The notes under the pieces were generated by a model. That model had not been told where the DNA came from, searched no databases, and saw only the letters and a list, made by a program, of their open reading frames with translations. A stretch of DNA of 46,224 bases from Candidatus Saccharimonadota bacterium (lineage in GTDB: Bacteria > Patescibacteriota > Saccharimonadia > Saccharimonadales > AWTP1-31), in NCBI GenBank assembly GCA_026395435.1, contig JAPLYT010000002.1:1-46224 (forward strand), in the 5' to 3' direction. Positions 8,989-18,366 of the stretch are shown in pieces. Position 1 is the stretch's first letter; every line of letters begins with the position of its first letter. Position numbers and translations under genes: made by a program.

Positions 8989-9852
8989 ATGAGAATTCCA
9001 CGCTACACTATCGATACCTTTCATCAAGAATTTCCTAATGATGATGCCTGCCTTGAATACATGTTCCAAAAGAGATATGGTCATTTAGAGTACTGCCCCA
9101 AGTGTGCAGTCCAAACTAAGTTCTATCGTATTAAAGCCCGAAAGTATTACAAATGTCCTCATTGTGCTTTTGAGCTTTACCCTTTGGCAAATACGATTTT
9201 TCATAAATCCGCGACGCCATTAACTAAGTGGTTCTATGCCATCTACCTCTTTGGGGTTGGCAAGAACGGTGTTAGTGCTATGGAGTTAGAAAGACATTTA
9301 GGCGTAACTTACAAGACTGCGTGGCGCATGGCTAAACAAATCCGTTTTATGATGCAGCAGAATGGTGGCAAGTTATCTGGCATTATTGAAGCTGACGAAA
9401 CTTACGTTGGCGGTAAGTCTAGGTTAGAAACTAAATTTCAGAATAAAACTGCAGTGGTCGGTATTGTTGAAAAACAGAAAGGCGTAGGCCAAGTAAAAGC
9501 CATCGCAACTAAACAGGCAGACGCAACGGTCACACTTCCGTTCCTAAAGGCTAATATCGAACCCGGGTCAACGCTACAAACTGACGAAAGTCGAATCTAT
9601 AGTAGAGTTAAAAGAGATTTCACACATAGTTTTGTAACTCACAGTAAATTAGAATACGTGCGAGCAGGAGTGCACACCAATACTATTGAGGGTTTTTGGG
9701 GTCAGTTGAAGCGGTCTTTGGATGGGACGTATCACTGCGTGAGTCCGAAGTATCTACAGCTCTATGTGAACGAGTTTGTGTATCGCTATAATCATCGGCA
9801 CGTTTCTGTTGTCCCTTTTCTGTTGGCAAAGGCTGGGCAGACAGTTCGATAA
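8989..9852 (+). CDS. IS1595-family (ISXO2-like) DDE transposase
   Basis: Zn ribbon CPKC...CPHC, HTH, EADETYVGG, TDE, HTNTIEGFW, YVNEFVYRYN. Confidence 0.95.
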   Translation: MRIPRYTIDTFHQEFPNDDACLEYMFQKRYGHLEYCPKCAVQTKFYRIKARKYYKCPHCAFELYPLANTIFHKSATPLTKWFYAIYLFGVGKNGVSAMELERHLGVTYKTAWRMAKQIRFMMQQNGGKLSGIIEADETYVGGKSRLETKFQNKTAVVGIVEKQKGVGQVKAIATKQADATVTLPFLKANIEPGSTLQTDESRIYSRVKRDFTHSFVTHSKLEYVRAGVHTNTIEGFWGQLKRSLDGTYHCVSPKYLQLYVNEFVYRYNHRHVSVVPFLLAKAGQTVR

Positions 9853-9955
9853 GAGAGTGTACGGCTGCTTCAGGGTTGGCGTTACGTTCTGAATCTGGAA
9901 GAGATTCTTCGAATTTCTTAAGGCTTTTTCTTATTTCTTCGTCTTTTCTAGACAT
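9683..9955 (-). CDS. Small IS-borne protein antisense to the transposase 3' end
   Basis: 90-aa ORF preceded by TGTTAAACT-N6-ATG promoter-like motif. Confidence 0.45.
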   Translation of the reverse strand: MSRKDEEIRKSLKKFEESLPDSERNANPEAAVHSLIELSAQPLPTEKGQQKRADDYSDTQTRSHRAVDTSDSRSDTSHPKTASTDPKNPQ

Positions 9956-10022
9956 ATGCTTAGTTTAACATCCTTATAGCCCAAAGTAACACTAGCGGTT
10001 TGTGATACACTAAACTTAAATT

Positions 10023-10982
10023 ATGGAAAATCAACCCAACACAGAAAATTCAGATAAACTAATAGAAAAACCTGCTCAGACAACTGAAATACAAACGCAA
10101 CAACAAAATAATATTCCGTCGCCAAAAAAAGCAAGCAAAACGAAGGCTTTGTTACTTATTTTTATTCCACTGTTATTCTGGGCAATCTCTTTCGGACTAT
10201 TGATTTTAGACATCAATAAAGCGCCCGCAACAGCTCCATCAGCTGATCGATACGCAGTTATTGAAGTTAAACAAAATCCGATTTTGCCCATAATGAATAT
10301 TGTAAATTTTCTACTAGGACCAGTTTTATTAGGCATGCTTATCTACGGAATAGTGCTCCTTATTAAAAAGCCGACCCAGTCACCTAATAGCACTGTAAAT
10401 ACAATACAACCGACGAAAATGCCAAGTTATAAGTCTGCTTCAGTTACATTATTAGTCGGTTCCGTGCTCTTATTAATAGCGATTCTAATAGTACATAACA
10501 TTCGATCTGATGTGGGGTATTCAGGCAGTGAAGCTGAGATTGGGTCTTTCCCATTTATCTTTTCAGGTGCAATTACTATTGTTGTTTCCATAATAATGTA
10601 CATCTCAACAGTGGTCAGAAGAATTACATTGAAGCGAAAAGGACATGATCTTAAATCCACTACCAAACGGGGGGTTGTAACGGGAATGATTATCGTATTT
10701 TTTGTAGTGCCAATCGTTAGTTTAATTGTACAAATTCGTGTTAAAACTAGACCAATGCCAAAGGATGAGGTTATAAAACTCATCAACAATTGCGAAGTGT
10801 ATAACGTTAATAGAGAAATCGGAAATAAAGTGATCGTCAATTATAAAGATAAGGACATCATTCATCATAGAACAAATGGAGCTGATGCCAAGTATTTTGA
10901 TGAGTACGTCGAAGCTGCGAAAAACAACACAACATGCGAAGTACAGATCCATGACAGACCAAACGAAACCACGCCATATTAA
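10023..10982 (+). CDS. Multi-pass membrane hypothetical protein (IS passenger)
   Basis: 319 aa, ~5 hydrophobic segments, lies between the IS inverted repeats. Confidence 0.75.
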   Translation: MENQPNTENSDKLIEKPAQTTEIQTQQQNNIPSPKKASKTKALLLIFIPLLFWAISFGLLILDINKAPATAPSADRYAVIEVKQNPILPIMNIVNFLLGPVLLGMLIYGIVLLIKKPTQSPNSTVNTIQPTKMPSYKSASVTLLVGSVLLLIAILIVHNIRSDVGYSGSEAEIGSFPFIFSGAITIVVSIIMYISTVVRRITLKRKGHDLKSTTKRGVVTGMIIVFFVVPIVSLIVQIRVKTRPMPKDEVIKLINNCEVYNVNREIGNKVIVNYKDKDIIHHRTNGADAKYFDEYVEAAKNNTTCEVQIHDRPNETTPY

Positions 10983-11124
10983 CTAATTCAAAACCCCTAC
11001 AAACAGCGTATACGTGGTGTGAGGGTATACTCACGACATAATTAGTATAGACAAAAATGCAATAATCTGATATAATCGCGATATTAAAGACATAATAGTG
11101 TTTGAATTACGGACGAAGATATAT

Positions 11125-11535
11125 ATGAACGAGAATAAACAAATCATTGGCACGTTTGAAAAGGTTAGTTTCCCTACCCTTGGCGTAAAAAACGTTATTG
11201 CGAAGATTGACACTGGTGCGTATACCGGTGCGTTCCACTGCACTAAAATTGAAGAAATAGAAGTGGACGGCTCAAAGGAGCTACATTTCGTACCATTCAA
11301 TGATTCTGCCAATGCTCAAACGGTCTCCGATTATTATTCTATCCCTGTAAAAAGCTCAAATGGTGTCACCGAACGTCGATTCGTAGTTCGCACCAAGATC
11401 GTTATCCAAGGCACAACATATCCGATCAAATTGACGCTTTCAAACAGAGAAGGTATGAAATATGAAGTCCTCATTGGACGACGGTTCCTCCGTAAAAATA
11501 ACTTGGTGGTTGACGCCGCTCAATTTAAGAAGTAA
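11125..11535 (+). CDS. RimK-associated retropepsin-like (putative ATP-dependent zinc) protease
   Basis: AKIDTGAY, VKSSNG, LIGRRFL; directly upstream of rimK. Confidence 0.88.
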   Translation: MNENKQIIGTFEKVSFPTLGVKNVIAKIDTGAYTGAFHCTKIEEIEVDGSKELHFVPFNDSANAQTVSDYYSIPVKSSNGVTERRFVVRTKIVIQGTTYPIKLTLSNREGMKYEVLIGRRFLRKNNLVVDAAQFKK

Positions 11536-11544
11536 GGTTTTGCT

Positions 11545-12447
11545 ATGAAGATTGCTATATTATCACGCGGCCCTGGAAACTACTCAACAAAACGACTCAA
11601 AGAAGTTGCGCTAGCACGTGGACACGACGTTCGCGTTATCAACCATGCTGAATGTTATGTGACGGTCGAAAAGAGCAGGCCAGTTGTCCGATATCGCGGT
11701 GAAGACCTTATCGATATCGATGTTATCATCCCCCGAATTGGTCAGAGCATTACCAAGTACGGTACCGCAATGGTTCGTCAATTTGAAATGCAAGGTGTCT
11801 ATACTACAGCTAGCTCAATCGCTATCAACCGTTCCCGCGATAAGCTTCGATCAGTCCAGATATTGGCTCGTGCAGATGTCGGAATTCCAAAAACCGTGTT
11901 CGCCCGTGAAACCAGTGATCTCGACGACGTTGTCGAACAAGCAGGTGGTGCGCCACTTATTATCAAAGTTGCCCGTGGAACGCACGGCAATGGTGTGGTG
12001 CTAGCCGAAACACGCAAAGCTGCTCAAGCGGTAATGCAAGCCTTCTATGTGGAAGGTGTGAACTTCTTGGTACAAGAATTCGTCGCCGAATCTGCCGGTG
12101 AAGACATCCGTGCATTCGTCGTTGGTGGCCGTGTGGTAGCTAGTATGAAGCGCCAAAGTTTGGATGATGATTTCCGTTCAAACCTCCACCAAGGTGGGGA
12201 AGGTTCAATCGTGAAGCTTACCGATGATGAGCGCAAGACTGCCCTCAAAGCAGCTAAAGCAATGGGTCTCTCAATCTGTGGTGTTGATATGATGCGATCC
12301 GATCGTGGTCCACTTGTACTTGAAGTAAATCCAAGCCCTGGGTTTGGTGTTGAGAAGGTTACGGGGCGAGATGTGGCCGAGAAGATTATTGAGCATATCG
12401 AGCAAAACGCCAAAGGCATAAGACGCAAAGATCGCATCGGCGCCTAG
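11545..12447 (+). CDS. rimK: 30S ribosomal protein S6--L-glutamate ligase
   Basis: MKIAILSR...YSTKRL, IPRIG, RSRDKLRS, GTHGNGV, FRSNLHQGG, LEVNPSPG (ATP-grasp). Confidence 0.93.
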   Translation: MKIAILSRGPGNYSTKRLKEVALARGHDVRVINHAECYVTVEKSRPVVRYRGEDLIDIDVIIPRIGQSITKYGTAMVRQFEMQGVYTTASSIAINRSRDKLRSVQILARADVGIPKTVFARETSDLDDVVEQAGGAPLIIKVARGTHGNGVVLAETRKAAQAVMQAFYVEGVNFLVQEFVAESAGEDIRAFVVGGRVVASMKRQSLDDDFRSNLHQGGEGSIVKLTDDERKTALKAAKAMGLSICGVDMMRSDRGPLVLEVNPSPGFGVEKVTGRDVAEKIIEHIEQNAKGIRRKDRIGA

Positions 12448-12861
12448 TTGAGCTTACGCAGAAGGCACTATAAACAATTTTAGCTTCCGTTCCTCAGGAC
12501 AAGTATTATTCATACATGTCCTTCCGGTACTCAGCGAGAAATTGCCTCTAGCACTCTTCTGCGAAACCTCACCCTAAATCTAGTTAAATACTCATCGAGA
12601 AAATAACCCCAGTACTCATCTGTGATCCTCTAGGACGTTAGTGGTTAATTTACTGATAAAACTCCTGCTGCGCACAGCCTTAATTGATTAGGGCCGTACA
12701 ATGTTCGTTCCGCGAACAAAAATCACAAATAGCTCAAGTGTGATGCGCCTTGCGATTGTAGTGTGTAAGTGCGTTAGCGCTCTTCTGCGTAAGCTCAACC
12801 CGGCATATTCAGAAATTCTCGTCGAGAATATAACTTTAGTGCTCATCTGCGAAACCCCAAC
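12447..12861. repeat. Cluster of ~25-bp repeats (REP/MITE-like)
   Basis: Unit like TAGCRCTCWTCTGCGWAAVCYCAMC at 12549, 12610 (degenerate), 12775, 12837, plus an inverted copy at 12447-12470. Confidence 0.75.
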
Positions 12862-12904
12862 ACAAGTGAGTTATTAGGGTGATAGAGCGTGGTATTATAG
12901 AGGG

Positions 12905-13402
12905 ATGAATCCGCTTATCGTTATGGGCCTTATCGCAGGTGTGCCAGCAGTCTTAATTAGCTTGTTTCGCTCAAAGGCAGCCATGGTGTTCATGGCCTTG
13001 TGTGCTGGAAGCGTTTTGACGACATTTGCTGGAGCTACGGTCATTGAATTATTAAATGTCTTTTCGACGAACGATAGCGACTCAGCACTTGCAATCGTAA
13101 AGATCGGGCTGCTCGTAGCCCCGGCTTTTATAACGCTTCTGCTCGTAAGTCGTACCATGAATGGCCCTAAAGCCATGATGAACATATTCCCAGCAATTCT
13201 TACCGGCATAACCATTCTCTTCTTGGTCGTCCCACTTCTACCACCGGGGACGAAGTATAGTATTGTAGCTACGTCTGTCTGGAGTCAGCTTCTGCAGTAT
13301 CAAGCCGTATTAGTCGGCTCAGCCATTTTTATATGCCTATTGCAGCTGTGGGGAGGCGCCAGAGGCCCTCGTCACAAAAAGCGCGGCCGCCACAGCAAAT
13401 AA
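12905..13402 (+). CDS. Hypothetical membrane protein
   Basis: 165 aa, ~5 TM segments, basic tail; TGGTATTAT-N6-ATG upstream. Confidence 0.75.
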   Translation: MNPLIVMGLIAGVPAVLISLFRSKAAMVFMALCAGSVLTTFAGATVIELLNVFSTNDSDSALAIVKIGLLVAPAFITLLLVSRTMNGPKAMMNIFPAILTGITILFLVVPLLPPGTKYSIVATSVWSQLLQYQAVLVGSAIFICLLQLWGGARGPRHKKRGRHSK

Positions 13403-13408
13403 CCAAGC

Positions 13409-13807
13409 TTACTTTTCGAGAGCTTCAATGAGCGTATCGATATTGGAGAGCCGGTCGAGCTTCTTCATTTCGTCTACGCTAAAGAACTTCAATTCCTGGC
13501 ATTCTTCTGATGGAGTGAAATTGAGATCTTTGAGTTTTATTTCGTAGACAATGTTAGCTGCAAATTTACCGGGTAATCTTCGTTCATAGGTAAAAAAGTA
13601 GAGTGGAGCAGGGCTCATTTGGGTTACTTCCAAACCAGTCTCTTCCTTGATTTCACGATGCATACACTCTTCTGGAGTCTCACCATGGTCGATGCCGCCG
13701 CCCATCATCTCCCACTTGCCATTATCTTCACGGCAAAGCAGCACCCGACCATCGTCGTCAATAACGACGCCTTTGACACTTATTCGGTATACGCTTGGTT
13801 CGTCCAT
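13409..13807 (-). CDS. NUDIX hydrolase
   Basis: Nudix box GGIDHGETPEECMHREIKEETGL. Confidence 0.92.
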   Translation of the reverse strand: MDEPSVYRISVKGVVIDDDGRVLLCREDNGKWEMMGGGIDHGETPEECMHREIKEETGLEVTQMSPAPLYFFTYERRLPGKFAANIVYEIKLKDLNFTPSEECQELKFFSVDEMKKLDRLSNIDTLIEALEK

Positions 13808-13825
13808 AGACTTATTGTATCAGGG

Positions 13826-14098
13826 TGGAGCCCAGTGAGTATGTTCTACGAACCATTTCCTCACTTTCTCGAAGCAAGCTTCTACGATAGCTCGTCATGA
13901 ACGAACAGCACGACACTAAATATGCCCAGCGAGGGCTGCCTTCGGCACGTTTCGCAATCTTCTCGGAATGAATTCCTGCGACGATTGCTTACGAACGAAC
14001 TCACGACAACAATCCGCTTTCGCGTCTTGGTCGTGAATCCAAGGCTCACTGGAAGACATACAAATTAAAATACCTACGGCGAGGTAGGTATTTTAATT
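13826..14098 (-). repeat. tRNA-Lys-tailored downstream element
   Basis: Terminator; antisense tRNA 3'-half copy (14030-14052); exact 13-bp T-arm copy (13996-14008); core CTCGGAATGAATTCCTGCG (13962-13980); acceptor-end copy (13826-13839). Confidence 0.75.
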
Positions 14099-14099
14099 T
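14062..14099 (-). terminator. Intrinsic terminator after tRNA-Lys
   Basis: Hairpin AAATTAAAATACCTAC-ggcgag-GTAGGTATTTTAATTT. Confidence 0.7.
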
Positions 14100-14175
14100 G
14101 GAGGGCCCAGTGAGACTCGAACTCACGACACCCTGCTTAAAAGGCAGGTGCTCTAACCGGCTGAGCTATGGGCCC
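14099..14175 (-). tRNA. tRNA-Lys(TTT)
   Basis: Reverse complement GGGCCCATAGCTCAGCCGGTTAGAGCACCTGCCTTTTAAGCAGGGTGTCGTGAGTTCGAGTCTCACTGGGCCCTCCA folds as a cloverleaf; encoded CCA. Confidence 0.95.
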
Positions 14176-14342
14176 CCAGATGCTTGCACCTCATCGCACT
14201 GCTTATGGCTGAGCCATAACCCTGCGATGCTCTTGGCAAATTACTGCGTTATACGCTTTCGGCATATCCTCGCTGTAGTAAACTACCACTGCGTCTATGC
14301 CTCGGCTATGCCTTGTACTTTGCTCAAGTGCAAATATCTGGG
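14175..14342. repeat. Palindromic REP/MITE-like element 5' of tRNA-Lys
   Basis: Terminal inverted repeats CCCAGATGCTTGCAC / GTGCAAATATCTGGG (13/15) with internal hairpins. Confidence 0.55.
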
Positions 14343-14445
14343 TTGAAGCACTTGATTAATTGCAAAGTAAACAGGAGAAATAACTCCTTACATTATCGTT
14401 ATTTTGGGCGAAAAGTCAATGAGGATGTTTGGGGGAGGGTACTTC

Positions 14446-14853
14446 TCAGACTGTTGGGGCAGTTGGTGGAGTAGGTCCTGTAGGTGCAGATGGCACCTCA
14501 GGCACTGCAGGAGCAGCCGCCGACATTGGAGACGCGGCAGCTGGGGCCATGGCTGGAGCACCGGCTTTGTTGAAAGCATCTTGGATGATTGCGGCACCGA
14601 TTGAACCGATGAGATATAGCAGTATAAAAGCCAGTACCTGTGAATATTTAGCGTTAGTGACTTTTTCGACACCACCACAGTATTTCCAAACCCAGTAGAT
14701 ATTAGCGAGAGGTACGATGAGGAGCCACGCCGTAGGGATATCCGCACCATGCGCATTCATCTCTTCTTTTGTGTCAACATACCAGAATATCTGATAAATT
14801 CCGAAGGTTACGATTGGTAGAAGAGCTACGGCGATAGGGCTACGATTTTTCAT
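14446..14853 (-). CDS. DUF4234-like membrane protein with Pro/Ala-rich tail
   Basis: RSPIAVALLPIVTFGIYQIFWY...IQDAFN; AAGGA RBS upstream. Confidence 0.75.
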   Translation of the reverse strand: MKNRSPIAVALLPIVTFGIYQIFWYVDTKEEMNAHGADIPTAWLLIVPLANIYWVWKYCGGVEKVTNAKYSQVLAFILLYLIGSIGAAIIQDAFNKAGAPAMAPAAASPMSAAAPAVPEVPSAPTGPTPPTAPTV

Positions 14854-14965
14854 TGTTGTTCCTTTTATGGTTACTTATGCCAATACTATATCATCTTAAA
14901 GATAAAATCGTGCAATAACAGGGGTTTGTGCTTTTGTATAACAGGGAAGGGCATGATACAGTCTT

Positions 14966-16402
14966 TTGGTGAGGGGACATGGCACTGTGCGTCGATCGAC
15001 TTGGCTGAATGTATTTCTATCGAGTTTTTTATTCGGATTGATTATTTCTCGGCGAATCCCTCTGGGGAACTTCTGGATCGTGGTACTTGCTTGTTCCCTC
15101 ATTCCTCCCCTTGCCTACTTTCATCATAAACTTAGCTTGTTAAGTATAATAATTTTGGGCCTTGTTCTTGGTAACTACCGAGGCTCGGTATTTTCGCAGT
15201 CTCTTCTACCCTACCGTACCTTTGCCGGTCGCCTCGTCTCAGTTCGCGCCGTGGCTCTTGACGATGCGGTGTATGGCAGGCAAAGCCAAATTACGTTTGA
15301 CGCTGGGCGGATTAGTCTGCTTTCTCCTGAGCGTATTTCTCTGCCTGGGTCGATCAAGATTGGAGGCTATGGCGAGCCGATGATATATCGAGGAGATACG
15401 GTGGTCATTATCGGTAAGCTTTTTCCCACCAGGGGATCTCGGCAGGCCAGCATGGGGTACGCACAAATTCAACGAGTAGCGGTAGGGTCTTCACGAGTTG
15501 ACGCTATTCGGAGTCGTTTTGTGGCGTCTATTCAATCGATCTTGCCGGCTCCACTTGGCTCGTTTGGTCTGGGGCTATTAGTGGGCCAACGATCTACCTT
15601 GCCTGTTTCATTGAATGACCAACTGAGTGCGGTTGGGCTGACTCATATTGTGGCCGTGAGTGGCTACAACCTGACAATTCTGATTCAGTTTGTTCGACGT
15701 CTCATGCAAAAACGTTCTAAATATCAGGCGACGGTGATTACCTTCGGGATTATAGGGCTATTCATGCTGGTAACTGGTAGTAGCGCATCTATCGTGCGGG
15801 CAGCGATGGTGAGTGGGTTAAGCTTATGGGCTTGGTATTACGGCCGAGCATTGCGACCAAGTGTCCTGATCTTGCTCGTGGCAGCATTGAGTGCCGGCTG
15901 GTTCCCGGTGTATATTTGGAGTGACATTGGGTGGTATTTATCATTCCTAGCATTCAGTGGGATTTTAATCGTAGCGCCACTTATTACGAGGCGAATATTC
16001 GGAAGTAAAAAGGCACATGCTATCGCTCAGTTATGTATTGAGACATTCTCAGCTCAATTGATGACCGTTCCAATCATCATGTTTATTTTTGGTCGCCTAT
16101 CGACGATATCGTTTGTTTCTAATATCCTCATTGTTCCTTTGGTGCCGCTGGCAATGGGACTCAGTTTTGTGGCGGGCCTATCAGGAATGCTCGTGCCTTC
16201 TATGGCGGGATGGTTCGCATTTCCTGCCCGCATGCTACTAACCTATATGATTGACTCGGTTCGGTATTTTGCAAAAATACCTGCCAGTTCATTATCGATT
16301 TCATTAACAACCACACAGGTGATTCTGAGCTATTGCTTGATCGTGGGAATTCTGTTGCTATGGTGGCGAAAAACACCAACAAATGATAACATTACAGAGT
16401 AA
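14966..16402 (+). CDS. comEC: ComEC/Rec2 competence protein (no metallo-beta-lactamase domain)
   Basis: GLTHIVAVSGYN, SIVRAAM, DIGWYLSF, VSNILIVPLVP. Confidence 0.9.
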   Translation: MVRGHGTVRRSTWLNVFLSSFLFGLIISRRIPLGNFWIVVLACSLIPPLAYFHHKLSLLSIIILGLVLGNYRGSVFSQSLLPYRTFAGRLVSVRAVALDDAVYGRQSQITFDAGRISLLSPERISLPGSIKIGGYGEPMIYRGDTVVIIGKLFPTRGSRQASMGYAQIQRVAVGSSRVDAIRSRFVASIQSILPAPLGSFGLGLLVGQRSTLPVSLNDQLSAVGLTHIVAVSGYNLTILIQFVRRLMQKRSKYQATVITFGIIGLFMLVTGSSASIVRAAMVSGLSLWAWYYGRALRPSVLILLVAALSAGWFPVYIWSDIGWYLSFLAFSGILIVAPLITRRIFGSKKAHAIAQLCIETFSAQLMTVPIIMFIFGRLSTISFVSNILIVPLVPLAMGLSFVAGLSGMLVPSMAGWFAFPARMLLTYMIDSVRYFAKIPASSLSISLTTTQVILSYCLIVGILLLWWRKTPTNDNITE

Positions 16403-16440
16403 ATTACAACTTCTGAATGAGTAATGACGAGGAGCCAAAC

Positions 16441-17178
16441 ATGAGTGGTCACAGCAAATGGTCAACAATCAAACGAGCCAAAGGTGCTAAAGATGCAGCC
16501 CGTGGTGCAGTATTCACCCGACTCGGTAATGCAATTGCCGTCGCGGCTCGCGCGGGTGCTGACCCTGACATGAACTTCAGCTTGCGTCTGGCCATCGATA
16601 AAGCCAAGGCTGCCAACATGCCACTGGCTAATATTCAGCGAAGTGTAGACAGAGGCTCCGGCAAACTCGGCGGCGACCAAATCCAAGAGGTTTTGTATGA
16701 AGGCTATGGCCCTGGCGGCGTGGCAATACTCGTGGAATGTGCCACCGATAACCTTAATCGAACGTATCCAGAAGTAAAATTAGCCTTTAGTAAACATGGC
16801 GGAAACATTGCCGAAAAAGGCGCCGTGGCTTTCCAATTTGATCATAAAGGTATGATCCGTGTAAAAGGTGGCGGAGACGAATTAATGCTGCAGGTACTTG
16901 ATGCTGGTGCTGAAGACATCGAATCAGACGACCAAGACGGCAGCGTTGAATCTATCGTCTATACCGACATGAAAGATTTAGCCAAAGTTCGAGATGCGCT
17001 CAAAGACGCTGATGTCGAAATCATGGAAGCCGAGCTCACTTATGTGCCAAACAATACCGTTGAAGTGACCGACCAAGCCACCGCTGGTAAAATTATGCGC
17101 ATCATGGACGCCCTCGAATCGATTGACGATGTCAGCAACACCCATGTAAACTTTGACATCGACGAATCACTACTGTGA
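16441..17178 (+). CDS. yebC: YebC/PmpR family protein
   Basis: MSGHSKWSTIKR, YEGYGPGG, TDNLNRT; RBS GAGGAG before ATG 16441. Confidence 0.95.
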   Translation: MSGHSKWSTIKRAKGAKDAARGAVFTRLGNAIAVAARAGADPDMNFSLRLAIDKAKAANMPLANIQRSVDRGSGKLGGDQIQEVLYEGYGPGGVAILVECATDNLNRTYPEVKLAFSKHGGNIAEKGAVAFQFDHKGMIRVKGGGDELMLQVLDAGAEDIESDDQDGSVESIVYTDMKDLAKVRDALKDADVEIMEAELTYVPNNTVEVTDQATAGKIMRIMDALESIDDVSNTHVNFDIDESLL

Positions 17179-17191
17179 GAAAGCAACTCTT

Positions 17192-17665
17192 ATGAGGATT
17201 TTGGGGATTGATCCGGGTACCGGGATTTTGGGATTTGGGGTGATCGATGTCGACGCTCGCGGCACCATGCAACTGGTGGATGCCGGAGTGATTCGAACGC
17301 CTGTACATGAGGATGACGCCGTGCGATTGCTGACGATTTTTGAAGAACTCACCGATATAATCGCCCAAAATAAACCATCTGTTATGGCTGTCGAGAAGTT
17401 ATTCTTTTCTAGAAATGTCACCACCGCTATGACCGTGTCGCAAGCTCGAGGAGTAGTGCTGTTGCTCGGTCAGCAAAATGGTATGGAGCTGTATGAATAC
17501 ACACCGATGCAGATCAAGCAGGCAATTACTGGATACGGCAAAGCCGACAAAAAACAGATTCAAGAAATGGTCCGGGTGTTACTCAAGCTCAAGGAAGTCC
17601 CAAAGCCTGATGACGCCGCAGATGCACTTGGCGTGGCGATTACCTGCCATATGAGTATGAGATAA
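17192..17665 (+). CDS. ruvC: Holliday junction resolvase RuvC
   Basis: MRILGIDPG, VEKLFF, QARG, GYGKADKKQ, DDAADALGVA. Confidence 0.95.
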   Translation: MRILGIDPGTGILGFGVIDVDARGTMQLVDAGVIRTPVHEDDAVRLLTIFEELTDIIAQNKPSVMAVEKLFFSRNVTTAMTVSQARGVVLLLGQQNGMELYEYTPMQIKQAITGYGKADKKQIQEMVRVLLKLKEVPKPDDAADALGVAITCHMSMR

Positions 17666-17731
17666 TGGACTCATGAAACATTTCTTTATTGCATACCGAC
17701 ACACCGCTGAAGACATCATGGAGTTTACTAT

Positions 17732-18310
17732 ATGATAGCAACGCTCACTGGCATAGTGGCCGAGACAGAATCTGGCATGGTGGTGATCGAAGTCGGTGGG
17801 GTTGGGTATGGTGTAATGGTGACGGCGACCGATCAAGGGACGCTGCCGAGCGGCACACAGACCAAACTGTTTATTTATGAAAACATCAAAGAAGACGCCC
17901 ACAACCTGATCGGCTTCAAACAAATCAGTACCAAAAAGTTGTTTGAGCAATTACTGAGCGTCAAAAACGTTGGACCAAAAGGTGCGTTGGCGGTACTTGA
18001 TATAGGCAGCGATGCGATCGTCCGTGCAGCAATTGCTGGTGGCGATGTCAAAGCATTGCAGTCGGCAAAAGGTGTCGGCAAACGAGCGGCCGAGCAGATT
18101 GTAGTGGAGCTTCGAGATAAAGTGGGAGCGCCAGTGGGCGATGCCGCCGAAATGCTCATCGGACGGGCTGGCGTGAACACGAGCGATGAGGCCGTTCAAG
18201 CATTGATGGCTCTCGGCTACAGTGATTACGACGCAAGTGCAGCCCTCGCTGAAGTCGATACTTCGTTATCTACAGAAGAGCGGATCACTCTTGCTCTTCG
18301 AAAACAATAA
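17732..18310 (+). CDS. ruvA: Holliday junction branch migration protein RuvA
   Basis: GVGYGV, LLSVKNVGPK, KGVGKRAAEQIVVELRDK, ALMALGY. Confidence 0.95.
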   Translation: MIATLTGIVAETESGMVVIEVGGVGYGVMVTATDQGTLPSGTQTKLFIYENIKEDAHNLIGFKQISTKKLFEQLLSVKNVGPKGALAVLDIGSDAIVRAAIAGGDVKALQSAKGVGKRAAEQIVVELRDKVGAPVGDAAEMLIGRAGVNTSDEAVQALMALGYSDYDASAALAEVDTSLSTEERITLALRKQ

Positions 18311-18366
18311 TATGAAATTGTAGTACTGCAACCTATTTGGATGCTCATACCGTGTACAATAGAGGT

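Larger units (their letters stand above)
8942..11035. mobile_element. IS1595-family element with passenger genes
   Basis: 25-bp imperfect terminal IRs (8942-8966 CGTAACTATCCCCTGACACCACGTA; 11011-11035; 21/25 match) flanked by 8-bp direct repeat ACATAATT (8934-8941, 11036-11043); contains a DDE transposase. Confidence 0.92.

Noticed and set aside
12447..12861. CRISPR array
   Set aside because: Units are degenerate, unevenly spaced (61, 165, 62 bp), one is inverted, the 'spacers' are paralogous, and no cas genes are present.
14098..14346. 82-aa ORF, and the ORFs at 22271-22798, 22433-22725 and 22841-23149
   Set aside because: Shadow ORFs over tRNA genes and repeats.
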